Shown here one piece after another: positions 62,835 through 64,000 of a DNA stretch of 64,000 bases. Position 1 is the first letter of the stretch. The number at the start of each line of letters is the position of its first letter. The notes beneath the pieces were generated by a model. That model saw only the letters and a list, made by a program, of their open reading frames with translations, was not told the DNA's origin and made no database searches. The position numbers and the translations under genes were made by a program. The DNA is taken from the NCBI RefSeq assembly GCF_963921235.1, contig NC_086097.1, forward strand, positions 33,296,001 to 33,360,000. The letters run 5' to 3'. This DNA comes from Mobula hypostoma. Its lineage: Eukaryota.

Positions 62835-63331
62835 ACAAAGAATGTGTTGGCATTGGAGAGGGTCTGGAGGAGGTTCACGAGAGTGATCCTGGGAATTAAA
62901 AGGTTAACATATGTGAAGCATTTGATGGCTCTGAGTCTGTACTTGCTGGAGTTTAAGAGAATAAGGTGGAAATCCTATTGAAACCTACCGCATATTGAAA
63001 AGCCAGATATAGTGGATGTAAAGTGGATAATTCCAATAGTGGGAGAGTCTAGGACCAGAAGACACAGCCTCAGAATAGAAAGATGTCCTTTTAGAACAGA
63101 AATAAGAAGGAATTTCTTTAGCTGGAGGGTGGTGAATCTGTGGAATTCATTGCAAGTCATTGGGTATATTTAAAGTGGAGGTTGATAGGATTTTGAGTAG
63201 TAAGGGTGCCAAAGATTATGGGAAGAAGGCAGGAGAATGGGGTTGAGATAGATAATAAGTCACCATGATGGAATGGCAAATGACTGATTGAGCTGAACGG
63301 CCTTATTCTACTCCTATATCTCATGGTCTTA
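62835..63331 (+). mobile_element. CR1 LINE 3' fragment
   Basis: LALERVWRRFTRVI...RRNFFSWRVVNLWNSL. Confidence 0.85.
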
Positions 63332-64000
63332 AACCCCAATCATTTCATATTCCATACGGTTTAATGTCACACCCAGTCTGATCACCTTCTTCCTTCTCTC
63401 CCTACACACTTTGAGTGCCTGCCTGGTTAATTCCACTGCCTCCTCTTGCTCTGAACAGTTATAGAACTGAGCCATTCTAATTCCACACCCATTTGCTCAC
63501 TGCTCCCACTTCCCCACATTTAATATCTCAGATAGTCTCTGCTTGATCTGATAGCTGGTTGCTTCAGTGCCTCCATGATGTAGAGGTTTCAATACATGGG
63601 TGACCTGGAGTGTCCGTGAGAATCAAAGTCTCTGGCCCTGACACGTAGGTATCAGACCTCTGACATCTGGACACACTGACCCAAGGGCTTTGACCAATGG
63701 GCCTCAACTTCCAGACTTGCCGTTGATCTTTGGGCTTTGACCTTTGGTATCAACCGCAGGACATGCCAACCTGAGGGGGTCACGAGCCTTCGTGCCTCCT
63801 GCCTGCAACCTGGAGGACCCACCGGCTTGGGGGGACTCGCCAAACTGAGGGTTCACCTGCCCTCATCCATGGGGCCTGTCAACCTCGGTCATTGAACATG
63901 GGGATCACTGGTCATCGTCCTCAACTCTTGTTAGGCACAGTTGCTGCGGTCCAGGCCCCACACAGACCCAGCATCCAGACAGCATGGTGAAAGTTGAAGC

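Noticed and set aside
63560..64000. GC-richer terminal segment as a gene or promoter
   Set aside because: Truncated by the window end and has no interpretable ORF; probably an unclassified repeat, but I cannot support a call.

Overview
This window is eukaryotic, repeat-dense genomic DNA. The mix of repeats (CR1 LINEs with TTCTATG tails, HE1/V-SINE-like SINEs, Rex1/Babar LINEs, Penelope-like elements) points to a cartilaginous fish, probably a ray; this is an inference. I recognise no host protein-coding exon, rRNA, tRNA or CRISPR array, so the window looks intronic or intergenic. Nearly every ORF with a recognisable product is a broken retroelement fragment. Main contents: a near-full-length disrupted CR1 (36965-40920) and two sister copies (13584-15400 +, 42721-45880 -); several Rex1 LINEs; a decayed Penelope-like RT/GIY-YIG element (58868-61372); short Penelope-like insertions with minimal hammerhead ribozyme motifs, fold-back structure and target-site duplications (TSDs); an RT-less HERO-type element absent from the ORF track; Tc1 relics; and a few non-repeat islands with regulatory-looking motif clusters. 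Top observations: the hammerhead/fold-back Penelope series, including a 132-bp palindrome centred in the ribozyme core; a probable gene-conversion tract between two inverted CR1 copies; a frameshift at the same site in all three young CR1 copies; and the internally deleted HERO element. All calls were made by eye and boundaries are approximate.
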